Shown here one piece after another: positions 32,835 to 41,575 of a stretch of 64,000 nucleotides of DNA. Positions within the stretch are counted from its first letter, which is position 1. Each line of letters begins with the position of its first letter. The DNA comes from a virus (taxonomy: Duplodnaviria > Caudoviricetes). The notes under the pieces are model-generated. The model was not told where the DNA came from. It worked only from the letters and a program-made list of their open reading frames with translations, and did not search any database. Made by a program: the position numbers and the translations under genes. The stretch is taken from IMG/VR virus record IMGVR_UViG_2518645549_000001, positions 48,104-112,103 of that record. One strand, written 5' to 3'.

Positions 32835-34285
32835 TGCCTGTTCAATCCACCAACCCAGACTACGACGCTCACATCGAAGAGTGGCGGATGATGGACGATG
32901 CCCTGGAGGGCGAGGGCGCCATCAAGCGCAGCCCGCGTAACCTGCCCAAGCCCAGTGGCATGAACGAGGCCGAGAAGCTGGACGGCGCCGGCAATGCCTA
33001 TCTCTACCAAAACTACACCGCCCGGGCTCAGTACGAACACTGGGTGCGGGATTCTCTGCGGTCGATGATGGGCCTGGTCTCGCGGCTGATACCCGAGGTG
33101 AAGCTGCCAGCGGGGCTGAAGGGGCTGGAGGACAACGCCACGGCTGACGGCTTCGGCCTAACCCAGCTGTTCCTGCGGATAGTGCGCCAGGCAATTTCCC
33201 ATGGCCGGGTGCCGTTAGTGGTCAACATCGATGACAAGGGCCAACCGTACTTCGCCACCTACGCGGTGCGCAACGCCATCAACTGGGACACTGCCGACCA
33301 AGGCGGCCGCCAGGACCTAGTGTTGTCCGTGTTCCGCGAATTCAGGCGCAAGGAGCAGGACCGCTACAGCCATGAGTGCGAGACGGTCTACCGCGAGTTC
33401 TACATGGACGGTGCGGTCTGTCGTACTGGCGTGCGCAACGAGGCCGGCGAGCTGATCGAGGACGACCGCCCGCTGGGCACTGTCGATGGCAGTAACAACC
33501 TGGTGCGCGGCCTGGACTATATCCCAGTCATCTATTGCGGCTCCACCGACAACTCGCCGGACGTCGACGAGATCCCGCTACTGACCATGGCCCGAGCCGC
33601 GCTCAAGTCCTATCAGCTCAGCGCCGACTACTTCACCGCGCTGCACCAGACCAGCCACCCGCAGCCATGGGTGTCCGGCCTGGACGAGAGCGTTGAGCTC
33701 AGCGTGACCGGTCCGTCGGCGGCTTGGGATCTGGGGCCAAGCGGCTCGTGCGGCTATCTGGAGTTCCAGGGCGCCGGCATCCAGGCCGTGCGTACGGCGA
33801 TGGAGGACCAGAAAAACGCCGCGCTCGAAGCCGGTGCGAAGGTCATGGACGTGTCGGGCACTGAGTCGGGCGAGGCCCGCAAGACTCGCCAGAACGACCA
33901 ACACGCCACGTTGCACAGCATCGTCATCACTGCGGCGGATGCCATCGAGCAAGCCCTCCGGTATGCAGCGGAGTGGACTGGGTACAACCCTGATGACGTG
34001 GTCTTCACCGTCAAGCCTGAGTTCGTGATCCCAGAGATCGACGCCCAAGTGCTGGCTGAGCTGCAGAAGAGTGTCATGGCCGGCACCATCAGCGCCGAAA
34101 CCTACTGGCAGTACCTCACCACTGGAAAGCTGCCTGAGCACCCCTACGCCGAAGAGGCCGAACTAATCGGCGACGACCACGGCGCGGGCGGCGTCAACTT
34201 GGACAAAGACGATGGCGAAGAAACCGGAGCAGGCAGCGGACGAGAAGCTGCTGGAGCAGGTAAGCCGCCACTCGGTACTGCTTGA
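32834..34285 (+). CDS. Portal protein (DUF4055-like)
   Basis: Size, position, ESGEARK and GTISAETY motifs. Confidence 0.85.
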   Translation: MPVQSTNPDYDAHIEEWRMMDDALEGEGAIKRSPRNLPKPSGMNEAEKLDGAGNAYLYQNYTARAQYEHWVRDSLRSMMGLVSRLIPEVKLPAGLKGLEDNATADGFGLTQLFLRIVRQAISHGRVPLVVNIDDKGQPYFATYAVRNAINWDTADQGGRQDLVLSVFREFRRKEQDRYSHECETVYREFYMDGAVCRTGVRNEAGELIEDDRPLGTVDGSNNLVRGLDYIPVIYCGSTDNSPDVDEIPLLTMARAALKSYQLSADYFTALHQTSHPQPWVSGLDESVELSVTGPSAAWDLGPSGSCGYLEFQGAGIQAVRTAMEDQKNAALEAGAKVMDVSGTESGEARKTRQNDQHATLHSIVITAADAIEQALRYAAEWTGYNPDDVVFTVKPEFVIPEIDAQVLAELQKSVMAGTISAETYWQYLTTGKLPEHPYAEEAELIGDDHGAGGVNLDKDDGEETGAGSGREAAGAGKPPLGTA

Positions 34286-35306
34286 GCGTCTCAAGGCGGG
34301 CGAGGTCAAGAAGTTCGAAACCTACCTTCGTAGAGCTGACAGCCATGTCCGCGACCAGCTAACCCGCAACGAGCTGAGCTCCTATGCCCGGAGCCGGCTG
34401 GAGGAGTTTCTGGGCCGGGTGAGCGGCAAGCTGTTGGGGATCTACAAGGCCTTCAGCGACCGGATGCAGTCCGATCTGGTGGACATTGCCCAGTACGAGG
34501 CGGCATTCGAAGGCCGCAGCCTGGCCAAGGCGCTGTTGATCGATGCGGTCATGCCTGCAGACTCGCTGCTCAGGGCGGCGATCAACACACAGCCCCTGCA
34601 AGTTGCCGGGGTTGACGGCGGCAAGCTGCTGAAGCCCTTCCTGAACGGCTGGACGCGCGCCGAGGCGGACAGGATCACCAACGCCATCCGGATGGGTGTC
34701 ATCCAGGGCCAGACCAACGCCGAAATCACCCAAGCTATACGAGGCACAGCCGCGCAGAACTTCACAGACGGCGTGCTGGCGGTCACAAACCGAAGCGCCC
34801 GGGCTGTGGTGCAGACCGCAGTTCAGCATGTAGCCACCACGGCGCGCATGGAGACACTCAAGGCCAACGCCGAGGTGGTGCCTGGCTATCGGATCGTCGC
34901 CACCCTTGATCGGAAGACCAGCGTGCAGTGCCGCAGCCTGGATGGGCGCGAATACGAGATGGGCAAGGGGCCTGTGCCTCCGTTCCACATTCACTGCCGT
35001 ACCACCATCACGCCGATCACCCGGTTGTCGGCGTTATTCGGGCAAGGCGCGACGAGGGCAGCAGTGGGCGCTGACGGCGGCGGGCAGGTGTCGGCAAGCC
35101 TCAGCTACTACCAGTGGCTCAAAACGCAGCCAGCGGCGTTTCAGGACGCCGCGCTGGGCCCTGTGCGCGGCAAGCTGTTCCGCAATGGCGGCCTGACAGC
35201 TGAACGCTTCGCCGCGCTCCAGTTGGACAAGAACTTCAAGCCGCTGACGCTCGACCAGCTCAAGGAGTTCGAGCCATTGGCCTTTGCGAGGGCGGGCATC
35301 GACTAG
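34212..35306 (+). CDS. Minor head protein (SPP1 gp7/Mu F-like)
   Basis: ATLDRKTS..C..LDG..PPFHIHCR. Confidence 0.9.
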   Translation: MAKKPEQAADEKLLEQVSRHSVLLERLKAGEVKKFETYLRRADSHVRDQLTRNELSSYARSRLEEFLGRVSGKLLGIYKAFSDRMQSDLVDIAQYEAAFEGRSLAKALLIDAVMPADSLLRAAINTQPLQVAGVDGGKLLKPFLNGWTRAEADRITNAIRMGVIQGQTNAEITQAIRGTAAQNFTDGVLAVTNRSARAVVQTAVQHVATTARMETLKANAEVVPGYRIVATLDRKTSVQCRSLDGREYEMGKGPVPPFHIHCRTTITPITRLSALFGQGATRAAVGADGGGQVSASLSYYQWLKTQPAAFQDAALGPVRGKLFRNGGLTAERFAALQLDKNFKPLTLDQLKEFEPLAFARAGID

Positions 35307-35893
35307 TTCGTCAACAGGCCGTCACGACGTGAACTGATATAGGTAAACGGATTTCCCGCCGGATCCTTTCCTTGGAGAACCATCTTCCCTTCTTCTTGAG
35401 AGATGATCTTCACCTCTCCTGTGGTTCCCGACAGGTACTGTTGATTCAGGTCGGGAAGGTAACGACCGGTGATCTGCTCTAGCGTAGGAATTGGTAACTC
35501 CATATCACCGAACTTGTATCGACCTGGCTCCGTTTTCATTCCGCTCAAAGTGAAGGTGAGGAAATCATCGTCAGCAGTCCATGTGCCAACGCCCCGAGCG
35601 GGCATCACTGCGGCGAACTCTTTCCCGCCGGTTTCACCTGAAAACTTGAATGTGCCATTTACGTTGTAATGGCCGTTTCGGAAGAATTCCGTGATGCCGC
35701 TGAATGTGAACTTGCCGCCAGGTACGGGATATTCGTACGTGCTGTCCCAGCGTCCGAAGAATGCTGGGTTGTGCTCGGGGCCAGACTCATGCACCGCGCT
35801 GTAAATCGTGGCGATGGTCGCTACTACTCCGAGAGCGGCTAGAGCTTTGGCATAACTCGTGCGAGCTAGATTCTTCAGCGTTTCGATCTTCAT
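35303..35893 (-). CDS. Membrane-anchored beta-rich moron protein in the head operon
   Basis: N-terminal TM; FFGRW and GTW lipocalin-like strands; opposite strand. Confidence 0.7.
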   Translation of the reverse strand: MKIETLKNLARTSYAKALAALGVVATIATIYSAVHESGPEHNPAFFGRWDSTYEYPVPGGKFTFSGITEFFRNGHYNVNGTFKFSGETGGKEFAAVMPARGVGTWTADDDFLTFTLSGMKTEPGRYKFGDMELPIPTLEQITGRYLPDLNQQYLSGTTGEVKIISQEEGKMVLQGKDPAGNPFTYISSRRDGLLTN

Positions 35894-36045
35894 GTGTTGA
35901 TCCTAAATGAAGTGATGGGAGGCATTCTGCCATCACTATTTGCCCGATATCTGAACTCACATCACAGATCTAAAACTTGGCCTCGCACTCGCGGGGCTTT
36001 TTCATGCCCGCCAGGTGGGCCAATCAATCCCCAGGGGATAGCCAC

Positions 36046-36819
36046 ATGCCTTTTGACTTCGACCCGGCCGCCCACGGTCTCACCCTCGACGAAACCCAAA
36101 CCGCCGCGCTGAAGGCAGCGCTGGGCGGAGAGGTTCAGAAATTCCTGGACGGTGAGGTCTCGGGCCTCAAGTCCAAAAACACCGAGTTGATCGGCTCCAA
36201 CAAGACTATCAAGGCCGAGCTGGACAAACTGAAAGGTCAGTTCGACGGCCTGGACATCGAGGCGGTCAAGGACCTGCTGGCAAAGGCCGGGCAGGACGAA
36301 GAGACCAAGCTGATCGCCGAGGGCAAGCTGGACGAAGTCATCAGCCGCCGCACTGAGCGCCTGCGCACTGACCTGGATAAGCAGGTCAAGGCTGCCAACG
36401 AGCGTGCGGACAAGGCCGAAGCCTTTGCTGCCAAGTACAGCGACAAGGTGCTGGCTGACTCCATCCGCGCAGCCGCCATCAAGGCCGGCGCGCTGCCCGA
36501 GGCTGCCGAGGACATCATCCTCCGCGCCCGCGGCACCTTCAAACTGAGCGAAGACGGCGAGCCCATTGCCACTGACCGTGCCGGCGAAGTCGTGTACGGG
36601 AAGGACGGCAAGACCCCGCTGTCTCCCCTCGAATGGGCGGAATCGCTGCGCGAAACCGCAACCCACCTGTGGCCAAGGGCTCAGGGCGCCGGGCAGACCG
36701 GCGACAACGGTGGCAAGGCCACGAAGAAATGGGGCGAGTACACCGAGACCGAGCGCGCTGCGATGGCTCGTGACAACCCCGACGCATTCAAAAAACTCCA
36801 AGCCACCCGAGGAACCTAA
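36046..36819 (+). CDS. Head scaffolding protein
   Basis: GLKSKNTELI coiled coil; precedes the capsid gene. Confidence 0.8.
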   Translation: MPFDFDPAAHGLTLDETQTAALKAALGGEVQKFLDGEVSGLKSKNTELIGSNKTIKAELDKLKGQFDGLDIEAVKDLLAKAGQDEETKLIAEGKLDEVISRRTERLRTDLDKQVKAANERADKAEAFAAKYSDKVLADSIRAAAIKAGALPEAAEDIILRARGTFKLSEDGEPIATDRAGEVVYGKDGKTPLSPLEWAESLRETATHLWPRAQGAGQTGDNGGKATKKWGEYTETERAAMARDNPDAFKKLQATRGT

Positions 36820-36822
36820 CCC

Positions 36823-37800
36823 ATGGCATCTACCCAACTGTCGGACATCTTCGTTTCCGACTACTACGGCACTCTGGAAGCGGTGAATTCCCCAGAGAAA
36901 ACCGCCGTCTTTGAGTCGGGCATCATCACTCGCTCGGCCACGCTCGACGACATCGCAAAGAACGGCCAGGGCACGTCCGAGATCAGCTACTGGCAGGATC
37001 TGGACGCCGACGAAGCGCCGAACATTTCCAACGACAATCCGGATGACCAGGGCGAGGTTGGCAAGGCCGAGCAGGGCAGCATGCGCGCCCGGACCTTGTA
37101 CCTCAACAAAGGCTACGGTGTCTCCGACCTGGCTGCAGAGCTGGCCAACTCCGAGCCGATGCAGCACATCCGCAACCGTTTCGGTACCTACTGGACTCGC
37201 CAATGGCAGCGTTACCTGATGGGCGCCGGCCGCGGCATCATCGCTGCCAACATCGCCCAGAACGGCGGCGACATGGTCAAAGACGCGGGCGCCTCGATCA
37301 GCGCCAACGCCTTCCAAGACGCCGCGTTTACCGCCGGTGACGCCGCCGACATGTTCGCCGCTATCGGCGTGCACTCGGTCGTCATGAACCAGATGGTTAA
37401 GCAGGACATGATCGAGTACCTGCGCGATTCGCAGGGCAAGATCATCCTGGCCACCTACCTGGGCAAGCCGGTATTCATGGACGACGCTCTGACCTACGCG
37501 CCGGGCCAGTATCTGTCGCTGTTCTTGGGCCAGGGCGCATTCGGCTACGGCGAAGGCGATCCGACCAAACCGGTCGAGCTGGAGCGCAAGCCTGGCGGCG
37601 GTAATGGCGGGGGCGCCGAAGTCCTGTGGGAGCGGAAGACCTTCATCCTGCAACCGGCTGGCTTCAGCTGGCAGGGCAGCGAGAACCGCAACCTCAGCCC
37701 GAGCGCCGTCCAGTACGCTTCAGCGGCCAACTGGAAGCGAGTGTTCGACCGCAAGCAGGTTCCGTTCGCCGCGGTCATCAGCGGCACCGCGACCCCTTGA
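36823..37800 (+). CDS. Major capsid protein
   Basis: 325 aa; TAVFESGI..; NWKRVFDRK. Confidence 0.88.
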   Translation: MASTQLSDIFVSDYYGTLEAVNSPEKTAVFESGIITRSATLDDIAKNGQGTSEISYWQDLDADEAPNISNDNPDDQGEVGKAEQGSMRARTLYLNKGYGVSDLAAELANSEPMQHIRNRFGTYWTRQWQRYLMGAGRGIIAANIAQNGGDMVKDAGASISANAFQDAAFTAGDAADMFAAIGVHSVVMNQMVKQDMIEYLRDSQGKIILATYLGKPVFMDDALTYAPGQYLSLFLGQGAFGYGEGDPTKPVELERKPGGGNGGGAEVLWERKTFILQPAGFSWQGSENRNLSPSAVQYASAANWKRVFDRKQVPFAAVISGTATP

Positions 37801-37847
37801 CCGCATGATGCGGGGCGCCGTCCTGGGGCCCTGCGCAGGAGACCAGC

Positions 37848-38288
37848 ATGAAAGTCATCTACACCAACACCCCGGGCAGCGAGCGCGGCACTTGCTATCG
37901 CCGCCTGGACCAGTTCTTCGGCGTGATCGACGGCGCTACCTCGGTGTCCGTGCAGGGCGATGCCCCGCACATCGGCGAGGCCTACCAGCGCCAGGGCATC
38001 AGCGTGAGCGAGATCGAGGAAGGTCTGCGCCTGGATGGCCCTACCGTGGCTCAGTGGGTGGGAGAGGGTTACAAGGCGTCGGCATACCCACCGAACGGCT
38101 ACGCCTCGGTCAGCAGCCAAGCGGAGATCGACAAGGCGATTGAGGAGGAGGGTGGCGGCGATCCCGAGACCGATCCTCACAAGATGAAGGTCCCGGAGCT
38201 GAAGGAATGGCTGACGGCTCAGGGCATTACCTTCGATCCCGCTCTCAACAAGCCAGAACTGCAGGCCCTCATTCCGCCGAAGGAATAA
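37848..38288 (+). CDS. Virion protein with a C-terminal HeH/LEM-like motif
   Basis: MKVPELKEWL..GI.F..KPELQAL. Confidence 0.75.
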   Translation: MKVIYTNTPGSERGTCYRRLDQFFGVIDGATSVSVQGDAPHIGEAYQRQGISVSEIEEGLRLDGPTVAQWVGEGYKASAYPPNGYASVSSQAEIDKAIEEEGGGDPETDPHKMKVPELKEWLTAQGITFDPALNKPELQALIPPKE

Positions 38289-38291
38289 GCC

Positions 38292-38669
38292 ATGACCGAT
38301 TTCATCACCGTTGCCGACGTAGACGAGAATCTCGGGCAGGACTGGGCTGGCACTGGTGATGCGGTCCTTGCCGTGGCCATGGCCAACGCCTGGCTGACGG
38401 CCAAGATCAAGCGGGCGGTGCCAGATCCGGTGCCTGACGCCATCGTGAGTGCCGGCGCGCAGGTGGCCAAGCTGGCTGCGGCAGGCCGGCTATACAAGGA
38501 CACCCAACGCGAGGTGCAGAGCAAGACCGTGTCGGCCCAGGCTGGCACATCGATCAGCAAGACCTACGTCGCGGGGTCTGTCGATCGCTCGACTGGTGAG
38601 AACTTCGCTCTCGACCTCATCGCCCCCTGGGCCCGCCGCGCCGGCACCGTTGTGCTCAAGAGGATATGA
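38292..38669 (+). CDS. Head-tail adaptor
   Basis: Position; FITVADVD N-terminus. Confidence 0.7.
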   Translation: MTDFITVADVDENLGQDWAGTGDAVLAVAMANAWLTAKIKRAVPDPVPDAIVSAGAQVAKLAAAGRLYKDTQREVQSKTVSAQAGTSISKTYVAGSVDRSTGENFALDLIAPWARRAGTVVLKRI

Positions 38670-38672
38670 CCC

Positions 38673-39065
38673 ATGGGCATGCGTGAAGAACTCCAGGCGG
38701 AGCTGTCGGAAGCGTTCGATGATCCGGACGGCCTAGCAGACACGGTGAAGCCTGTTGCAGGGAGTCGCACAGTCAAGGGCGGATATGACCCAGAGATCGG
38801 CGGCACCGTCCCGGCCTCAACCTTCCATTACGCCGGGCGCGGTGTGTTCGGTAGCTACCTGGCCAAGGAAATCGACGGCTCGCGCATACAGACTGAGGAC
38901 GTGAAGCTGCTGGTGCTCCAGAACGAATTGCTCGAGGGGCAGGCCGGCGCTGTCACCGATGTCCCGGCGGCGCCCAAGATCGGCGACCAGGTAAGCGGCT
39001 ACCGCGTACTTAATGTGTCCGAGGACCCAGCCCGGGCGACTTGGACCCTTCAGCTGAGGAAGTGA
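38673..39065 (+). CDS. Head closure protein
   Basis: Position; DPARATWTLQLR. Confidence 0.7.
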   Translation: MGMREELQAELSEAFDDPDGLADTVKPVAGSRTVKGGYDPEIGGTVPASTFHYAGRGVFGSYLAKEIDGSRIQTEDVKLLVLQNELLEGQAGAVTDVPAAPKIGDQVSGYRVLNVSEDPARATWTLQLRK

Positions 39066-39066
39066 C

Positions 39067-39741
39067 ATGGCGCGCGGCTCACACATGGCCCAGCGATACG
39101 GCGGGCAGCAGGGCGGTTTCGCTGAGGCCATACGGGCCTTCGCAGAACAGGCGGAGCAAGCCCTGGACGCGACCTTCCGCGAAATCGTGATCGAGATCGG
39201 CAGCAGCGTCATCCGCATGTCACCGGTAGGCAACCCGGAGCTATGGGCAGCCAACGTGGCTCACCGGGCCAAGGCCAACAGGGCTGCTGACGACTATGAC
39301 TTCAAGGTCGCGGTGCGGAACACGCTGATCAACTTGAATCAGGACAATTTCACCAAGGCCGGCAGGCTGCGCAAGGGTGTGAAGTACGCCAAGCCCCTCA
39401 CCAAGACCGAGCGCGAGCAGAACTTCGCTGTGAACGGCCTGGTTGTCGGCCAGGGATACGTTGGCGGGCGGTTCCGGGGTAACTGGCAGTTCTCCATCGA
39501 TTCACCAGCTACCGAAGAACTCGACCGCATCGACCCGTCGGGCAGCGAAGCCATTACCGCGCTCATCACCCAGGTGCACGCGCTGACCATCGGCCAGACG
39601 GCCTACATCGTGAACAACCTGGCGTACGCCATCCCGCTGGAATACGGCCACTCAATGCAGGCACCGGCCGGTATGGTCCGGGTCACCCTGGCCAACTTCC
39701 AGCGCATCGTCGACGAAGCCATCAGGAACAACAGCGTATGA
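39067..39741 (+). CDS. Neck protein (HK97 gp10-like)
   Basis: SPVG, GRFRGNW and YAIPLEYGHS.QAPAGMV. Confidence 0.8.
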   Translation: MARGSHMAQRYGGQQGGFAEAIRAFAEQAEQALDATFREIVIEIGSSVIRMSPVGNPELWAANVAHRAKANRAADDYDFKVAVRNTLINLNQDNFTKAGRLRKGVKYAKPLTKTEREQNFAVNGLVVGQGYVGGRFRGNWQFSIDSPATEELDRIDPSGSEAITALITQVHALTIGQTAYIVNNLAYAIPLEYGHSMQAPAGMVRVTLANFQRIVDEAIRNNSV

Positions 39742-40166
39742 GCCATGCACGAGCCCGCCAGGCCATCGAGATCAAGCTGATGGCCTGGGCTGCGGGGCGC
39801 CCGATCCGGGTCGCGAACTTCGAGCAGGGTTTCGAGGCCTTGCCGGGAGAAACATACCTGCAGGCTTACCAGCTGCCTGGGGCAACCATCTGCCGTTACT
39901 TGGGTGGCGAGGCCTACGAGTACACCGGAATCTACCAAGTCAGCATCACCTGCCCGGCGGGCCAGGCCTTGGTGACCGCCGAATCGCTGGTAGATGAGCT
40001 CAGCGCCCTGTTTCATGTCAATTCTAAGCTCAGCCGCAACGGTTTCGAGGGAATGGTCACCGAGCCAGTTGACCAAGGCCCAAGCATCCCCGAGTCGGCG
40101 ACCTACACGGTGCCGGCCAGCTTCACCTACCGCGGTGTCGCGGACCAATCGCCCGCTGGGGCATAA
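39738..40166 (+). CDS. Tail terminator-like protein
   Basis: GIYQVSI.CPAG; position. Confidence 0.7.
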   Translation: MSHARARQAIEIKLMAWAAGRPIRVANFEQGFEALPGETYLQAYQLPGATICRYLGGEAYEYTGIYQVSITCPAGQALVTAESLVDELSALFHVNSKLSRNGFEGMVTEPVDQGPSIPESATYTVPASFTYRGVADQSPAGA

Positions 40167-40205
40167 CCAACCGCCGCCTGGCGGGCTTTCAAGAGGAAAC
40201 AACCC

Positions 40206-40865
40206 ATGGCCGCACGCTTCCCGCTGCCGAACGGCTCCGTGCTGGAAATCGCTAGCGTACTCGCCGCTGCCGTCGCCTACACCGCTCTAACCAACGCTGC
40301 GCCGCCTGTGGCCAGCGCGGCAGGACACACCATTAAGAACGGCGATGTTCTAGTCGTCAGCTCAGGTTGGTCGCTGATCAACGACCGCGCTGTCCGGGCG
40401 GCCAGTGTTGCCGCCGACAAATTCTCGCTCGCTGGACTGAACACAACCAACACCGATAAATACACCGCCGGGTCGGGTGTGGGCTCTGTTATCCCGGTGA
40501 CCAACTGGGCTCAGATCTCGAAGGTAACCGCTTTCACCTCTTCGGGCGGCGAGCAGCAGTACCTCACGGTCGGGTACCTGGAGGACGACGACGATCGCCA
40601 GTTCCCCACCAATCGCAACCCGATCACGCTGTCGATCACTGTCGAGGATCAGCCTGCGGCTGCCTACGTGGGCCTGGTCGAGGCCTATGGCGATAGCAAG
40701 GAACTGACCGTGGTGCGCCTGAAGTTGCCAAATGGCGACCAGATCCTTTACCCGGGTTACGTGAGTATCACCACCACCCCGACGATGGAGCGTAACAACC
40801 TCATGACCCGCACCATCAGCATCGCGCTGTCGGCGCGTCCGGTCCGTTACTTGGCTGGCGCATAA
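40206..40865 (+). CDS. Major tail tube protein
   Basis: LPNGS, SSGGEQQY and LPNGDQILYPGYVS. Confidence 0.85.
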   Translation: MAARFPLPNGSVLEIASVLAAAVAYTALTNAAPPVASAAGHTIKNGDVLVVSSGWSLINDRAVRAASVAADKFSLAGLNTTNTDKYTAGSGVGSVIPVTNWAQISKVTAFTSSGGEQQYLTVGYLEDDDDRQFPTNRNPITLSITVEDQPAAAYVGLVEAYGDSKELTVVRLKLPNGDQILYPGYVSITTTPTMERNNLMTRTISIALSARPVRYLAGA

Positions 40866-40874
40866 GGAGCCCCC

Positions 40875-41258
40875 ATGGCGAAGATCAAAATCGCGCAAGA
40901 CCCGACGTTCATTGCCGAGGTGCAGGTTCCTCGAATCGGTGGAGAGCCAGTGCCGGTGGAATTCGAGTTCCGCTATATGGATCGCGTGACGCTGGCCGGC
41001 ATGTTTGATCGCTGGAACAAGGCTCGCGACGCTTGGGCGGAGCAGGCCAGGGCCGACAACGCTACGTGGGAAGAGGTGACCGCTGGCGAAATCGCTCTGC
41101 AGGCCGAGCAACTGGGCGAAATCGTCACAGGGTGGGACTTGGAGGACAAGTTCAGTCAGAAGGCGATCCTCGAGCTGGTCCGTACCTGCACGGGTGCACC
41201 TAAGGCCGTCATCGACGCCTTCCAAGCTGCTTACAGCCCGGCCCGATTGGGAAACTGA
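40875..41258 (+). CDS. Tail assembly chaperone (G-like)
   Basis: IVTGWDLED; ends ARLGN at the slippery site. Confidence 0.85.
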   Translation: MAKIKIAQDPTFIAEVQVPRIGGEPVPVEFEFRYMDRVTLAGMFDRWNKARDAWAEQARADNATWEEVTAGEIALQAEQLGEIVTGWDLEDKFSQKAILELVRTCTGAPKAVIDAFQAAYSPARLGN

Positions 41259-41572
41259 GGGCGGCGGCCCGGGCCTGTTATGAGCGTGGGCCATCTGCCG
41301 AGCAACTGGCCCCGCTGGGGCTGACCCTGGCTGACATTCCTGAAGAGGAAGTGGAGGTTTGGCCTGACGCTTGGCCAGCCTTTCGGCTTTTCGACGCGAT
41401 GGGCACGCAGTGGCGGGTTGGAGCGGGCGGCCCGTCTGGCCTGGACTACACCGCCATCCCCGCAACAGCCTCGATGCTCGGCATCAAGCGCCGCGACCTC
41501 ACCGACATTTTTCCCGACCTCCGCGTCATGGAGGTTGAGGCCTTGGCCGTCATGGCCGAATCCATGGAGTAG
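41249..41572 (+). CDS. Tail chaperone T-like extension via -1 frameshift at G-GGA-AAC
   Basis: The -1 frame is open from 41249 into EVWPDAW..TQWR..GLDY. Confidence 0.8.
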   Translation, partial: GKLRAAARACYERGPSAEQLAPLGLTLADIPEEEVEVWPDAWPAFRLFDAMGTQWRVGAGGPSGLDYTAIPATASMLGIKRRDLTDIFPDLRVMEVEALAVMAESME

Positions 41573-41575
41573 ATC

